In this document: one piece after another, positions 25,003 to 64,000 of the stretch
Layout: the number at the start of each line of letters is the position of its first letter
How positions within the stretch are numbered: position 1 is the stretch's first letter
Assembly (NCBI GenBank): GCA_964016885.1
Contig: OZ024765.1
Coordinates: forward strand, 2,914,001-2,978,000
Length of the DNA: 64,000 nucleotides
Direction: 5' to 3'
Origin: Eledone cirrhosa
Lineage: Eukaryota
The notes under the pieces: model-generated
Databases searched by the model: none
Told to the model about the DNA's origin: nothing
The model's input: the letters and a program-made list of their open reading frames with translations, nothing else
Position numbers and translations under genes: made by a program

Positions 25003-27340
25003 GACCCAGTGGTAAGGGTGTTGGACTTAGGATCATGATGTTGTGGGTTCGATTCCTGGACTGGGCTGTGTGTTGTGGTCTTGAGCAAGACACTTCATTT
25101 CACGTTGCTCCAGTGGTAAGGTGTTGGACTTACAATCATATCAAAGGTTCAATACCTGGACTGGGCTGTGTGTTGTGGTCTTGAGCAAGACACTTCATTT
25201 CACGTTGCTCCAGTGGTAAGGTGTTGGACTTACAATCATATCATAGGTTCAATTCCTGGACTGGGCTGTGTGTTGTGGTCTTGAGCAAGACACTTCATTT
25301 CACGTTGCTCCAGTGGTAAGGTGTTGGACTTACAATCATATCATAGGTTCAATTCCTGGACTGGGCTGTGTGTTGTGGTCTTGAGCAAGACACTTCATTT
25401 CACGTTGCTCCAGTGGTAAGGTGTTGGACTTACAATCATATCATAGGTTCAATTCCTGGACTGGGCTGTGTGTTGTGGTCTTGAGCAAGACACTTCATTT
25501 CACGTTGCTCCAGTGGTAAGGTGTTGGACTTACAATCATATCAAAGGTTCAATACCTGGACTGGGCTGTGTGTTGTGGTCTTGAGCAAGACACTTCATTT
25601 CACGTTGCTCCAGTGGTAAGGTGTTGGACTTACAATCATATCATAGGTTCAATTCCTGGACTGGGCTGTGTGTTGTGGTCTTGAGCAAGACACTTCATTT
25701 CACGTTGCTCCAGTGGTAAGGTGTTGGACTTACAATCATATCATAGGTTCAATTCCTGGACTGGGCTGTGTGTTGTGGTCTTGAGCAAGACACTTCATTT
25801 CACGTTGCTCCAGTGGTAAGGTGTTGGACTTACAATCATATCATAGGTTCAATTCCTGGACTGGGCTGTGTGTTGTGGTCTTGAGCAAGACACTTCATTT
25901 CACGTTGCTCCAGTGGTAAGGTGTTGGACTTACAATCATATCATAGGTTCAATTCCTGAACTGGGCTGTGTGTTGTGGTCTTGAGCAAGACACTTCATTT
26001 CACGTTGCTCCAGTGGTAAGGTGTTGGACTTACAATCATATCATAGGTTCAATTCCTGGACTGGGCTGTGTGTTGTGGTCTTGAGCAAGACACTTCATTT
26101 CACGTTGCTCCAGTGGTAAGGTGTTGGACTTACAATCATATCATAGGTTCAATTCCTGGACTGGGCTGTGTGTTGTGGTCTTGAGCAAGACACTTCATTT
26201 CACGTTGCTCCAGTGGTAAGGTGTTGGACTTACAATCATATCATAGGTTCAATTCCTGAACTGGGCTGTGTGTTGTGGTCTTGAGCAAGACACTTCATTT
26301 CACGTTGCTCCAGTGGTAAGGTGTTGGACTTACAATCATATCATAGGTTCAATTCCTGGACTGGGCTGTGTGTTGTGGTCTTGAGCAAGACACTTCATTT
26401 CACGTTGCTCCAGTGGTAAGGTGTTGGACTTACAATCATATCATAGGTTCAATTCCTGGACTGGGCTGTGTGTTGTGGTCTTGAGCAAGACACTTCATTT
26501 CACGTTGCTCCAGTGGTAAGGTGTTGGACTTACAATCATATCATAGGTTCAATTCCTGAACTGGGCTGTGTGTTGTGGTCTTGAGCAAGACACTTCATTT
26601 CACGTTGCTCCAGTGGTAAGGTGTTGGACTTACAATCATATCATAGGTTCAATTCCTGGACTGGGCTGTGTGTTGTGGTCTTGAGCAAGACACTTCATTT
26701 CACGTTGCTCCAGTGGTAAGGTGTTGGACTTACAATCATATCATAGGTTCAATTCCTGAACTGGGCTGTGTGTTGTGGTCTTGAGCAAGACACTTCATTT
26801 CATGTTGCTCCAGTGGTAAGGTGTTGGACTTACAATCATATCATAGATTCAATTCCTGGACTGGGCTGTGTGTTGTGGTCTTGAGCAAAACACTTCATTT
26901 CACATTGCTCCAGTGGTAAGGTGTTGGACTTACAATCATATCATAGGTTCAATTCCTGAACTGGGCTGTGTGTTGTGGTCTTGAGCAAGACACTTCATTT
27001 CACGTTGCTCCAGTGGTAAGGTGTTGGACTTACAATCATATCATAGGTTCAATTCCTGAACTGGGCTGTGTGTTGTGGTCTTGAGCAAGACACTTCATTT
27101 CACGTTGCTCCAGTGGTAAGGTGTTGGACTTACAATCATATCATAGATTCAATTCCTGGACTGGGCTGTGTGTTGTGGTCTTGAGCAAAACACTTCATTT
27201 CACATTGCTCCAGTATACTTAGCTGAAAATGGAAAAGCTGGGAGTTTAACCCTGCGATGGACTGGCGTCCTATCCAGTGGAGAGTCTTGTACTCTGTCAC
27301 TTCACACCATGAAACCGGGATAAGTACCGGCCAAATGAGT
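25003..27340 (+). repeat. 22 tandem copies (100-bp unit) of the tRNA head + CORE domain of a SINE, ending in one SINE tail
   Basis: Unit cagtggtaaggtgttggacttacaatcatatcataggttcaattcctggactgggctgtgtgttgtggtcttgagcaagacacttcatttcacgttgctc. Dispersed family members near 12400 (-), 15030-15405 (-), 24780, 31550-31990 (-) and 41060. Confidence 0.93.
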
Positions 27341-27354
27341 CTTAAATGGTTTAA

Positions 27355-27552
27355 CCCTTTAACATTTATATTGCTCTATATTTACTATTACATTTCCATG
27401 GTAAAGGCTTAATATCGAATCTATGAGATTTTGATATTATTTATTTTGAGAACAATACCTTAACATCAGTATGAGTGGCCAGTTATGGCCAGTTTGAAAC
27501 GAAAGAGGTGAGAGAATTCTGGCCAGATATAGCTGGTTTAAATGCTAAAGGG
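27355..27552. mobile_element. piggyBac-type MITE (TTAA TSD, CCCTTTARCATTTA TIR)
   Basis: ttaa|ccctttaacattta...taaatgctaaaggg|ttaa; another copy at 8659-8910. Confidence 0.82.
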
Positions 27553-27802
27553 TTAAGACGGCCTTAATAGAAGCATTGTTTCCTTGATCCGATAACTGAA
27601 TGAGATCTAGGAACTTGTGATCAGTCGATACTATATATATTATACTCCAGAAGAAACCTGTTGAGTGCTTCTATTCTGTTATAAATTAACTTTGTTGAAT
27701 AATCAACAAAACAAATAACTTATTGTTTATATATATATATATATATATATATCATCATTTAAAATCCATTTTTCCATGCTAGCATATATGTGTGTGTGCA
27801 TG

Positions 27803-27871
<69 letters not shown>

Positions 27872-28088
27872 CCCATGCTAGCGTGGAAAATGGACGTTAA
27901 ACGAAGATGATGATGATGATGATATGTATATATGGATATTAATGATACTCTGGATAAAAATTCATGTTGAGTGCTTCTAATCTGTTGTAAATTAACTTTG
28001 TTGAATAATCAACAAACCAATTAACTCATTGTTAATATATATATATATACACATATATATACAGAGGCACCAGTTGTGTGTATATATA

Positions 28089-28139
<51 letters not shown>

Positions 28140-28375
28140 GTGAGGTTTTTTTTACAAAATGAAAAATAACCGAGGTGTCCTACACGAGTGAAAGTATAAA
28201 GAAAAAGGGATGAAATCGAAAATGCAACTGGAGTCTTATTTTTTTTTTAAAATATATATATTTATTTGGTTCCTTTACCGGTTTCGCAGTTCTTCTGCTT
28301 TTCAAAAGGTGAGTTGAGATGGAGGGTCTGTGTTTTTCTCACATGAGAAAAACACAGACCCTCCATCTCAACTCA

Positions 28376-28413
28376 CCTTTTGAAAAGCAGAAGAACTGCG
28401 AAACCGGTAAAGG
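28376..28413 (+). ncRNA. Minimal type-I hammerhead ribozyme, U3-A8 core variant (mirror copy 28272-28309 on -)
   Basis: CCUU UUGAAAA GCAG-aagaa-CUGC GAAA CCGGU A AAGG: stem I, core, stem II, palindromic stem III, GUA site. Confidence 0.8.
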
Positions 28414-28482
28414 AACCAAATAAATATATATATTTTTTTAAAAAATAAGACTCCAGTTGCATTTTCGATTTCATCCCTTTTT

Positions 28483-28525
<43 letters not shown>

Positions 28526-28713
28526 TGTAATCAACAACATGAGACAATTATTCCATTTATATATATTCCATATATATATCAGGATTTAGCTGTAAACCAA
28601 TAAAGTAGTTTAGTTTCTCAGCTAATGAAACCAAAAGTGACAATAACAGCTAGAGCATCTGTTTTGATATAAGCAACATGACCCTACCAAAGTATAACTC
28701 ATATATATGTATA

Positions 28714-28791
28714 CAGGGTGTCTCAAAAATGTATACACACTTCAACAACATTCTTATAAATATGTGTATACATTTTTGGGGGGATACCCTG
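28714..28791. mobile_element. 78-bp minimal Tc1/mariner-type MITE
   Basis: ta|cagggtgtctcaaaaatgtatacaca...tgtgtatacatttttggggggataccctg|ta. Confidence 0.75.
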
Positions 28792-28799
28792 TATATATG

Positions 28800-28849
<50 letters not shown>

Positions 28850-28939
28850 CATACATATATATACAAACAGAGGCACCAGTTGTGTGTATATATATATATA
28901 TATATACATATATATACAGAGGCACCAGTTGTGTGTATA

Positions 28940-29007
<68 letters not shown>

Positions 29008-29122
29008 TATACAGAGGCACCAGTTGTGTGTATATATATGTGTATATATACATATATATACAAACAGAGGCACCAGTTGTGTGTATATATATATTTGTAT
29101 ATATACAAACAGAGGCACCAGT

Positions 29123-29153
<31 letters not shown>

Positions 29154-29349
29154 GTATATATACACACACACACACACAAATAAGTGGTGCCTCTGTTTGT
29201 ATTTGCAACATGACCCTACCCAAGTCTAACAGTAGCTGTAGTAAACATTTATTTTTTTTTTTACTTCATATATATTTTTTAAACTATATTTTTCTATTTG
29301 CTCCGTAAGAACGGAGAGGAAAATCATGTTTAAAATATTTTTTTTAATA

Positions 29350-29386
<37 letters not shown>

Positions 29387-29539
29387 TTAATAATGATAAT
29401 TTAATGATGTTTTTTTGTTGTTGTTGTTGTTGTTGTTTTTGTCATTGTTTTGTATACCACCACCACATCCACCCCCACCACTACAATCATCTTCACCATC
29501 ATCATCACCACCACTACCATCATCATCACCACCACTACC

Positions 29540-29570
<31 letters not shown>

Positions 29571-30050
29571 CTAACCCCACCATCATTACCACCACCAATA
29601 TCATCAACAACGACAACAACAACAACACCACCACCACCTTGTTTGTTTTGCCGGAAAAATTTGTTTCTGTGGAACCTCCTTCTTGGCTGTGAGAGGTCAT
29701 TGCTGTTGTTGTTGTTGTTGTTGGTGGTGGAGGGTGTTGTTGGTAGTGGTGGTGGTGGTGGTGGTGGAGGGTGTTGTTGGTAGTGGTGTTGTTGATGGTG
29801 TTGTTGGCAGGGATGTTGTTGGTGGTGGTGGTGGAGGGTGTTGTTGGTGGTGGTGGTGTTTACTAAAAAGGACTCGGTTCATAGCTGTTGTTGGTGGAGG
29901 GGGTAGTAGTGGTGATGGTAGTTGTGGTGTCGGTGTCTACTAAATAGGTACTTGGTACATAGCTAAAGTGGTATTGGCAGTGGTGTAAGTGGTGGTGTTT
30001 ACTGAAAAGGCAAATGGTATTGATGGTGGTAGTATTTACTAAATAGAAAC

Positions 30051-58783
<28,733 letters not shown>

Positions 58784-58869
58784 ACTGGTGCTGTACTGTC
58801 AAGGTGAACGAGGACCGAGAGAGAATTTGGAACACTGGACGGCTGCAATTGGAAGATAAGAGATACATA

Positions 58870-59530
58870 CATAAAGCTGACCGTACCCAATTACATCTCC
58901 CAAAGGCAACGACACACGACTGTGACCTTTGGCGTCACGCAGTAATACAGAAGACCTCCCCCCCCCATGGGTACAAGCTGAAGCTGAAGCATATAGACAA
59001 TATACCCCCACACCCTCCCACTGCAAAGTGGTCGTGGAGGTGCCACGGAAAAAAAAGCACCCAGCGCTCACTGTAAATGAGGTTGGTGTTAGGAAGGACA
59101 TCCAGCTGTAGAAATCAAGCCAGAATCAGTTCCTGTATGAGCAAGGCATGGTCAGCCGACCATGATGATGATGATGATACCATCATCACCGTTTTACGTC
59201 CGTTCTTCCACGCTAGCATGGGTTAGACGGGTTGTCCTGTTGTGGGCAGTGTCTGGTCGGCTGACCATGCCTTGCTCATACAGGAACTGATCTGGCTTGA
59301 TTTCTACAGCTGGATGCCCTTCCTAACACCAACCTCATTTACAGTGAGTGCTGGGTGCTTTTTCGTGGCGCCTACACGTCCACTTTACAGTGTGGGCTGG
59401 GTGCTTTTCTGCGGTGGGGGGGGGGGGGGCATATTGTCTATATGCTTCAGCTTGTACCCATGGGAGGTCGGGTACTCTGTATTACTGTCTAACGCCAGAG
59501 ATCACGGTCGTGTGTCATCGCCTTTGAGAG
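58870..59530. mobile_element. Tail-to-tail pair of the same RTE-derived element
   Basis: 58870-59180 (+) and 59180-59530 (-), meeting at gatgatgat/catcatc tails. Confidence 0.82.
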
Positions 59531-59593
59531 GTATATATATATATATATATCAATGATATTAATAAATGGAAACTATATTTATAAAAACATATT

Positions 59594-59654
59594 TATTCTA
59601 TTATATATATTTCAAGGGTACCAAAACTTTGGTACGCTCTCATCAGATAAAATA
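59594..59654 (-). ncRNA. Hammerhead motif, family B (also 59748-59810 +, 41335-41391 -, 44318-44383 -, ~42692-42750 -, truncated ~3720-3773)
   Basis: UAUUUUAU CUGAUGA GAG-c-GUACCAAA-gu-UUUGGUAC-c-CUU GAAA UAUAUA UA AUAGAAUA. Confidence 0.72.
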
Positions 59655-60484
59655 CAAAGTTTGTTTTATAAATATTGACATATCCAGGAACGAGATGTTA
59701 ACGGTTCAAGTTTTTCTGGATAGTCAATATTTATAAAACAAACTTTGTATTTAATCTGAAGAGAGCGTACCAAAGTTTTGGTACCCTTGAAATATATATA
59801 TAATAGAATAAATATGGTTTTATATATAGTTTCCATTTATTAATATCATTGATATTATACTCCAGAAAATCTGTTGAGTGCTTCAAATCAGTTATAAATA
59901 TATATATTTGTTGAATTACCAACAAATTAAATATCCCTTTGCATATATATATATATATATAGACAATATGCCCCCATCCCCTACCACTGTAAAGTGATCG
60001 TGGAGGTGTCACGGCAAAAAACACCCAGAGATAAAAATACCTAAAAGAGGCATACATTTGCTGTATGTTTAATTCTTGGTAATTTTCAGAGGCCTGTAGA
60101 TGGAAAAATATACAAAATTCACTTGATTTAATAAGATATTTGAACTCTACAGAAAAAGTTAGCCCCAAACACATGAGTTCAAAGTTGTGCTTACCTTATT
60201 AGAAGAGAAATGGCTGTCTCAAGTTGGTCCGAGAGACTCTTTAGGAAAAAAATGTACAATTAATTAATATTTTTAAAAGCCTACAATTTCAAAACTATCA
60301 AAGATCTTGATTTAATACTTGATATTTTTCCATCGTATAGGTACAGGAGCTAGTATGAATATGTACAGGAGGATCTGATGGGGTGACCAGGACCCCTCTG
60401 GGTGATTTGACATGGAATGACCCTATATATATATACAATACTTTTTGAGCCCTCTTCGGATTTCAGCCTTCGTAATTATTATTA

Positions 60485-60960
60485 TATATGTGTGTATATG
60501 CATATATATATATGTGTGTATGTATATATATATATATATATGTGTGTGTATGTATATATATATATATATGTGTGTGTATGTATATATATATATATATATA
60601 TGTGTGTATGTATATATATATATATATATGTGTGTATGTATATATATATATATATATGTGTGTATGTATATATATATATATATATGTGTGTATGTATATA
60701 TATATATATATATGTGTGTATGTATATATATATATATATGTGTGTATGTATATATATATATATATGTGTGTATGTATATATATATATATATATATATGTG
60801 TGTATGTATATATATATATATATGTGTGTATGTATATATATATATATATGTGTGTATGTATATATATATATATATGTGTGTATGTATATATATATATATA
60901 TGTGTGTATGTATATATATATATATATATGTGTGTATGTATATATATATATATATGTGTG

Positions 60961-61001
<41 letters not shown>

Positions 61002-61075
61002 ATGTATATATATATATATATGTGTGTGTATATATACATATATATATATATACACACATATATATATGTATGTGT
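60485..61075. repeat. (TA)n/(TG)n compound microsatellite
   Basis: Similar tracts at ~3100-3210, 3400-3590, 3775-3980, 5020-5505, 28790-29180, 44700-45240, 58135-58630 and 62060-62470. Confidence 0.95.
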
Positions 61076-61842
61076 GAATGTGTTGAACATTGAAAAAAGG
61101 CAAAGATTAGTGCTTAATCATATGTATATATATACAGAGAGAGAGATATAGATATATGTGTGTGTATATATATATGTATGTACAAGGTATGTATGTCTCA
61201 TGGTCGGGTCGTTGGCGACTAAACTGGCAACCCCACCAAGGTTTCTTGGTGAGGAGGGTGACTTTGGACATCCTGCAGGACTAAAAACAAAACCTGTCAA
61301 AGGGCAAAGGAGCTCTTAAGAGTCAATGGCCATCCAAAATCACCGGGAGAGATGACCCCTTAGCCTTTGTCAAGGCAGAATTCTAGGAGAAGGAAAACTC
61401 TGATATAACACCTGCAACCCTGATGGTATCCAATGATGTTGACTTGTTCTTCTTGTTGGTAAATATCATCTTGGTTAAGAGAGTGGGACTGGCTTTGTGC
61501 AGTGCCTTTGCTCACTATAAAAGCTTCACGGCACAGGCATTGCTTTATATCTGGAGATCTCTCTGCACTTGTCGTCACATGGTACCATGGGCCCAGCACT
61601 ATGTGTCAGTAATTGTCACAAGTGTAGTGTTTGTACCAGAGTTTTCAAGTCGCTGGCTGGACTAAAAAGTCACACTCGTTCAGCGCATCGGTAGGGGTTC
61701 TCCTACATGGATATAAAGTAGTGGCCGTACTCGAAAACGAGTTGGCAGCCACCATGTACAAGGTAAACAGAAGTAACAACACAATCGGTACAGTATATGG
61801 AAGAGATATATTGGGTTAACGGTTGAAATAGCAGGAAGAGGG

Positions 61843-61878
61843 TCTTAACGTTTCGGACGCTAGTCCTTCATTAGAAGA
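61843..61878 (-). ncRNA. Penelope-type minimal hammerhead with G5A core mutation (probably dead)
   Basis: UCUU CUAAUGA a GGAC-uagc-GUCC GAAA CG UU AAGA. Confidence 0.68.
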
Positions 61879-62775
61879 AAGAATGAGAAATAAAATAGAT
61901 TGAAGGGACGGACGGGGTGGAATTGGAAAAAATGTCTTTAGATAAAAATAACAGGTCCATTTATGTTGACAGCATACCTGATGGAAGAATTGTACACACT
62001 TCTTTTCTTTGTTCACACCTTGCTGAAACTGTTTTGAGGACTGGAGTGTATAAATACATGTGTATATATATATATATGTGTGTGTGTGTGTATGTATATG
62101 TATATATATGTGTATGTATATATATGTATGTATATATGTGTGTATATATAGATATATATACACATGTATATATGTGTGTATATATAGATATATATGCACA
62201 TGTATATATGTGTGTGTATATATGTATATGTATATATGTGTGTATATATAGATATATATGCACATGTATATATGTATATGTATATATGTGTGTGTATATA
62301 TGTATATGTATATATATGTGTGTGTGTATATGTATATATGTGTGTATATATAGATATATATACACATGTATATATGTATATGTATATATGTGTGTATTTA
62401 TAGATATATATACATACATATATATATACACATACACATATATATATATGCATATACATGCACTCATATATAAATAGACTCAGGCTGGTAAACAAAATTA
62501 TATGAACACACACATACACACACTATTGCCTTAGAGCTGCTTCTACTACACCCCACCCCATCATTATATGGCCTAAATATATATACATATGTATACACAC
62601 ATCCTTGGCCTTTGCAAACAACACTCTAAAGTCCTATCTTGTTTCAGAAATGGAGCTAAAGTGATGTTAGTTATTACAATGATGATGATTTATGTATGTG
62701 TGTGTATGAATGTATATATATATATATAATATAATAAATAACAAAGAACGCCTATAGCATATGCATATCTTTACT

Positions 62776-62821
62776 TGCTAACATTGTTTCATCCGCACTA
62801 TAAGTGGGACTCATCAGAGCA
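62776..62821 (-). ncRNA. Minimal type-I hammerhead ribozyme
   Basis: UGCU CUGAUGA GUCC-CAC-uuaua-GUG-c-GGAU GAAA CaauG UU AGCA. Confidence 0.75.
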
Positions 62822-64000
62822 TAAAGGTTAATTACATACCATACAAGCAATAACAAATCCAAGACATTGAAGAATGAAAAATAATAATAGACGATAAAGG
62901 ATATTAAGGAAGTAAAAATAAAGATAAGCATAAAAATAAAAATAAAAATAAGATAATAAAATAAACAATGAAAAATAAGGGGTGCTATCAGTCACAGTTG
63001 GGCGGGGTGCTGTCAACATATAGTTACATACAAGCATACACATGGATAAGAGAACAGACAAGAGTAGATAAGATAGATAGGATTAGGTAAGAGTAGGTAA
63101 AAAATAGGTGAAAAACAGACTTATAATATATATAAGAAAATATAAAGAAGTATATAACAAACTTACATATAAAATATAAAATATACAGATAATAGTGATA
63201 CAGGGTAAGGAATGAGATAAAATAATATAAAATTAAAATTAAAATTATATAAAATAGAACATAATATAATATAATCATAAAATAAGATAAAATAAGGTAA
63301 ACTAAAATAAAATAAAATAGACTAAATTAAAATAATATAATATAAGATATAATTAAATGTAATTAAATAAATAAATAAATAAAAATTAAATAAATAAATA
63401 AAATTAAAATTAAAATTAAGTTTAAATAAATAAATAAATAAATAAGTAAATAAATAAATAAATAAATAAATGGAATTAAATAAGTAAATAAATAAAATTA
63501 GATAACATGAAATGAAATAAAATAAAATAAAATGAAATAAAGTAAATTGAGATAAGATATATATTTTTTTAGAATATATCTCTTGAATATATCAGGGGCC
63601 CACGAAGGCACTAAGTGTCACAGTTATGTGTATCACTTGACCATTCTTTTAAAATATATCTCTTGAAAATATCAGGGGCCCACGAAGGCACTAAGTGTCA
63701 CAGTCACCAGTATCACTTGACCATTGCAAGGCAATGGAGGCGTCCCAGGTTGGGCAGTCCCAAAAGTTCACTCGAAAGTCGCGGGTGTGCATTCACACAG
63801 TTGAGCGGTGGGGTAATCACAAACCGGTTCACACCCGGGCAGGAGTCCAATGGTCAGAGAGAGGTGCATCGAAGGGAGGTAGAAGAATTCACGTGCATTA
63901 GCAAGCGAGGTGCAGGCGGGTTAGCCAAAGCAAGCAGACACAGTTGGAGCGCATACAAAAGATATATAAAAAGACAGAAGATATATAAAAAATAGCTTCA

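Noticed and set aside
25111-27210. CRISPR array or tandem tRNA gene cluster
   Set aside because: Units are contiguous with no unique spacers, there are no cas genes, and the context is eukaryotic. The head cannot form a full cloverleaf and continues into a SINE CORE and tail.
61843-61878. Idea that A-to-I editing could reactivate the G5A hammerhead
   Set aside because: No evidence in the sequence; inosine lacks the G5 exocyclic amine and simple decay is more parsimonious.
60417-62519. Many [12 protein letters not shown] ORFs here and elsewhere
   Set aside because: Dinucleotide microsatellite translations.
63615-63995. Possible GIY-YIG or other coding fragment at the window end
   Set aside because: Only a vague VGQS resemblance, with frameshifts; it cannot be supported without a profile search.

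Overview
Eukaryotic, AT-rich, microsatellite- and transposon-dense animal DNA. The SINE types and (TA)n/(CA)n load suggest an octopus/coleoid cephalopod, which is an inference. Two complete, convergently transcribed multi-exon genes could be assembled by hand with consistent splice phases. The first is a lysosomal acid phosphatase (ACP2-like; + strand, 11 coding exons, 2966-23871, ~410 aa) with signal peptide, RHGDRSP and HD catalytic motifs, a C-terminal TM helix and a YSHI sorting signal. The second is an SLC13/Indy-type Na+/di-tricarboxylate cotransporter (- strand, 14 coding exons, 58783-30051, ~589 aa). Introns and intergenic DNA hold a near full-length CR1-type LINE, RTE and Tx1/L1 fragments, two tRNA-derived SINE families, piggyBac- and Tc1/mariner-type MITEs, and many satellites that arose from pieces of these elements. 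The most striking unannotated signal is about 20 hammerhead-ribozyme motifs from roughly 8 sequence families, probably non-autonomous Penelope-like/retrozyme elements. Many sit in head-to-head palindromes of identical polarity, some with one-sided tail extensions. Most ORFs in the supplied track are microsatellite or satellite artefacts. All coordinates were counted by eye; repeat boundaries are approximate.
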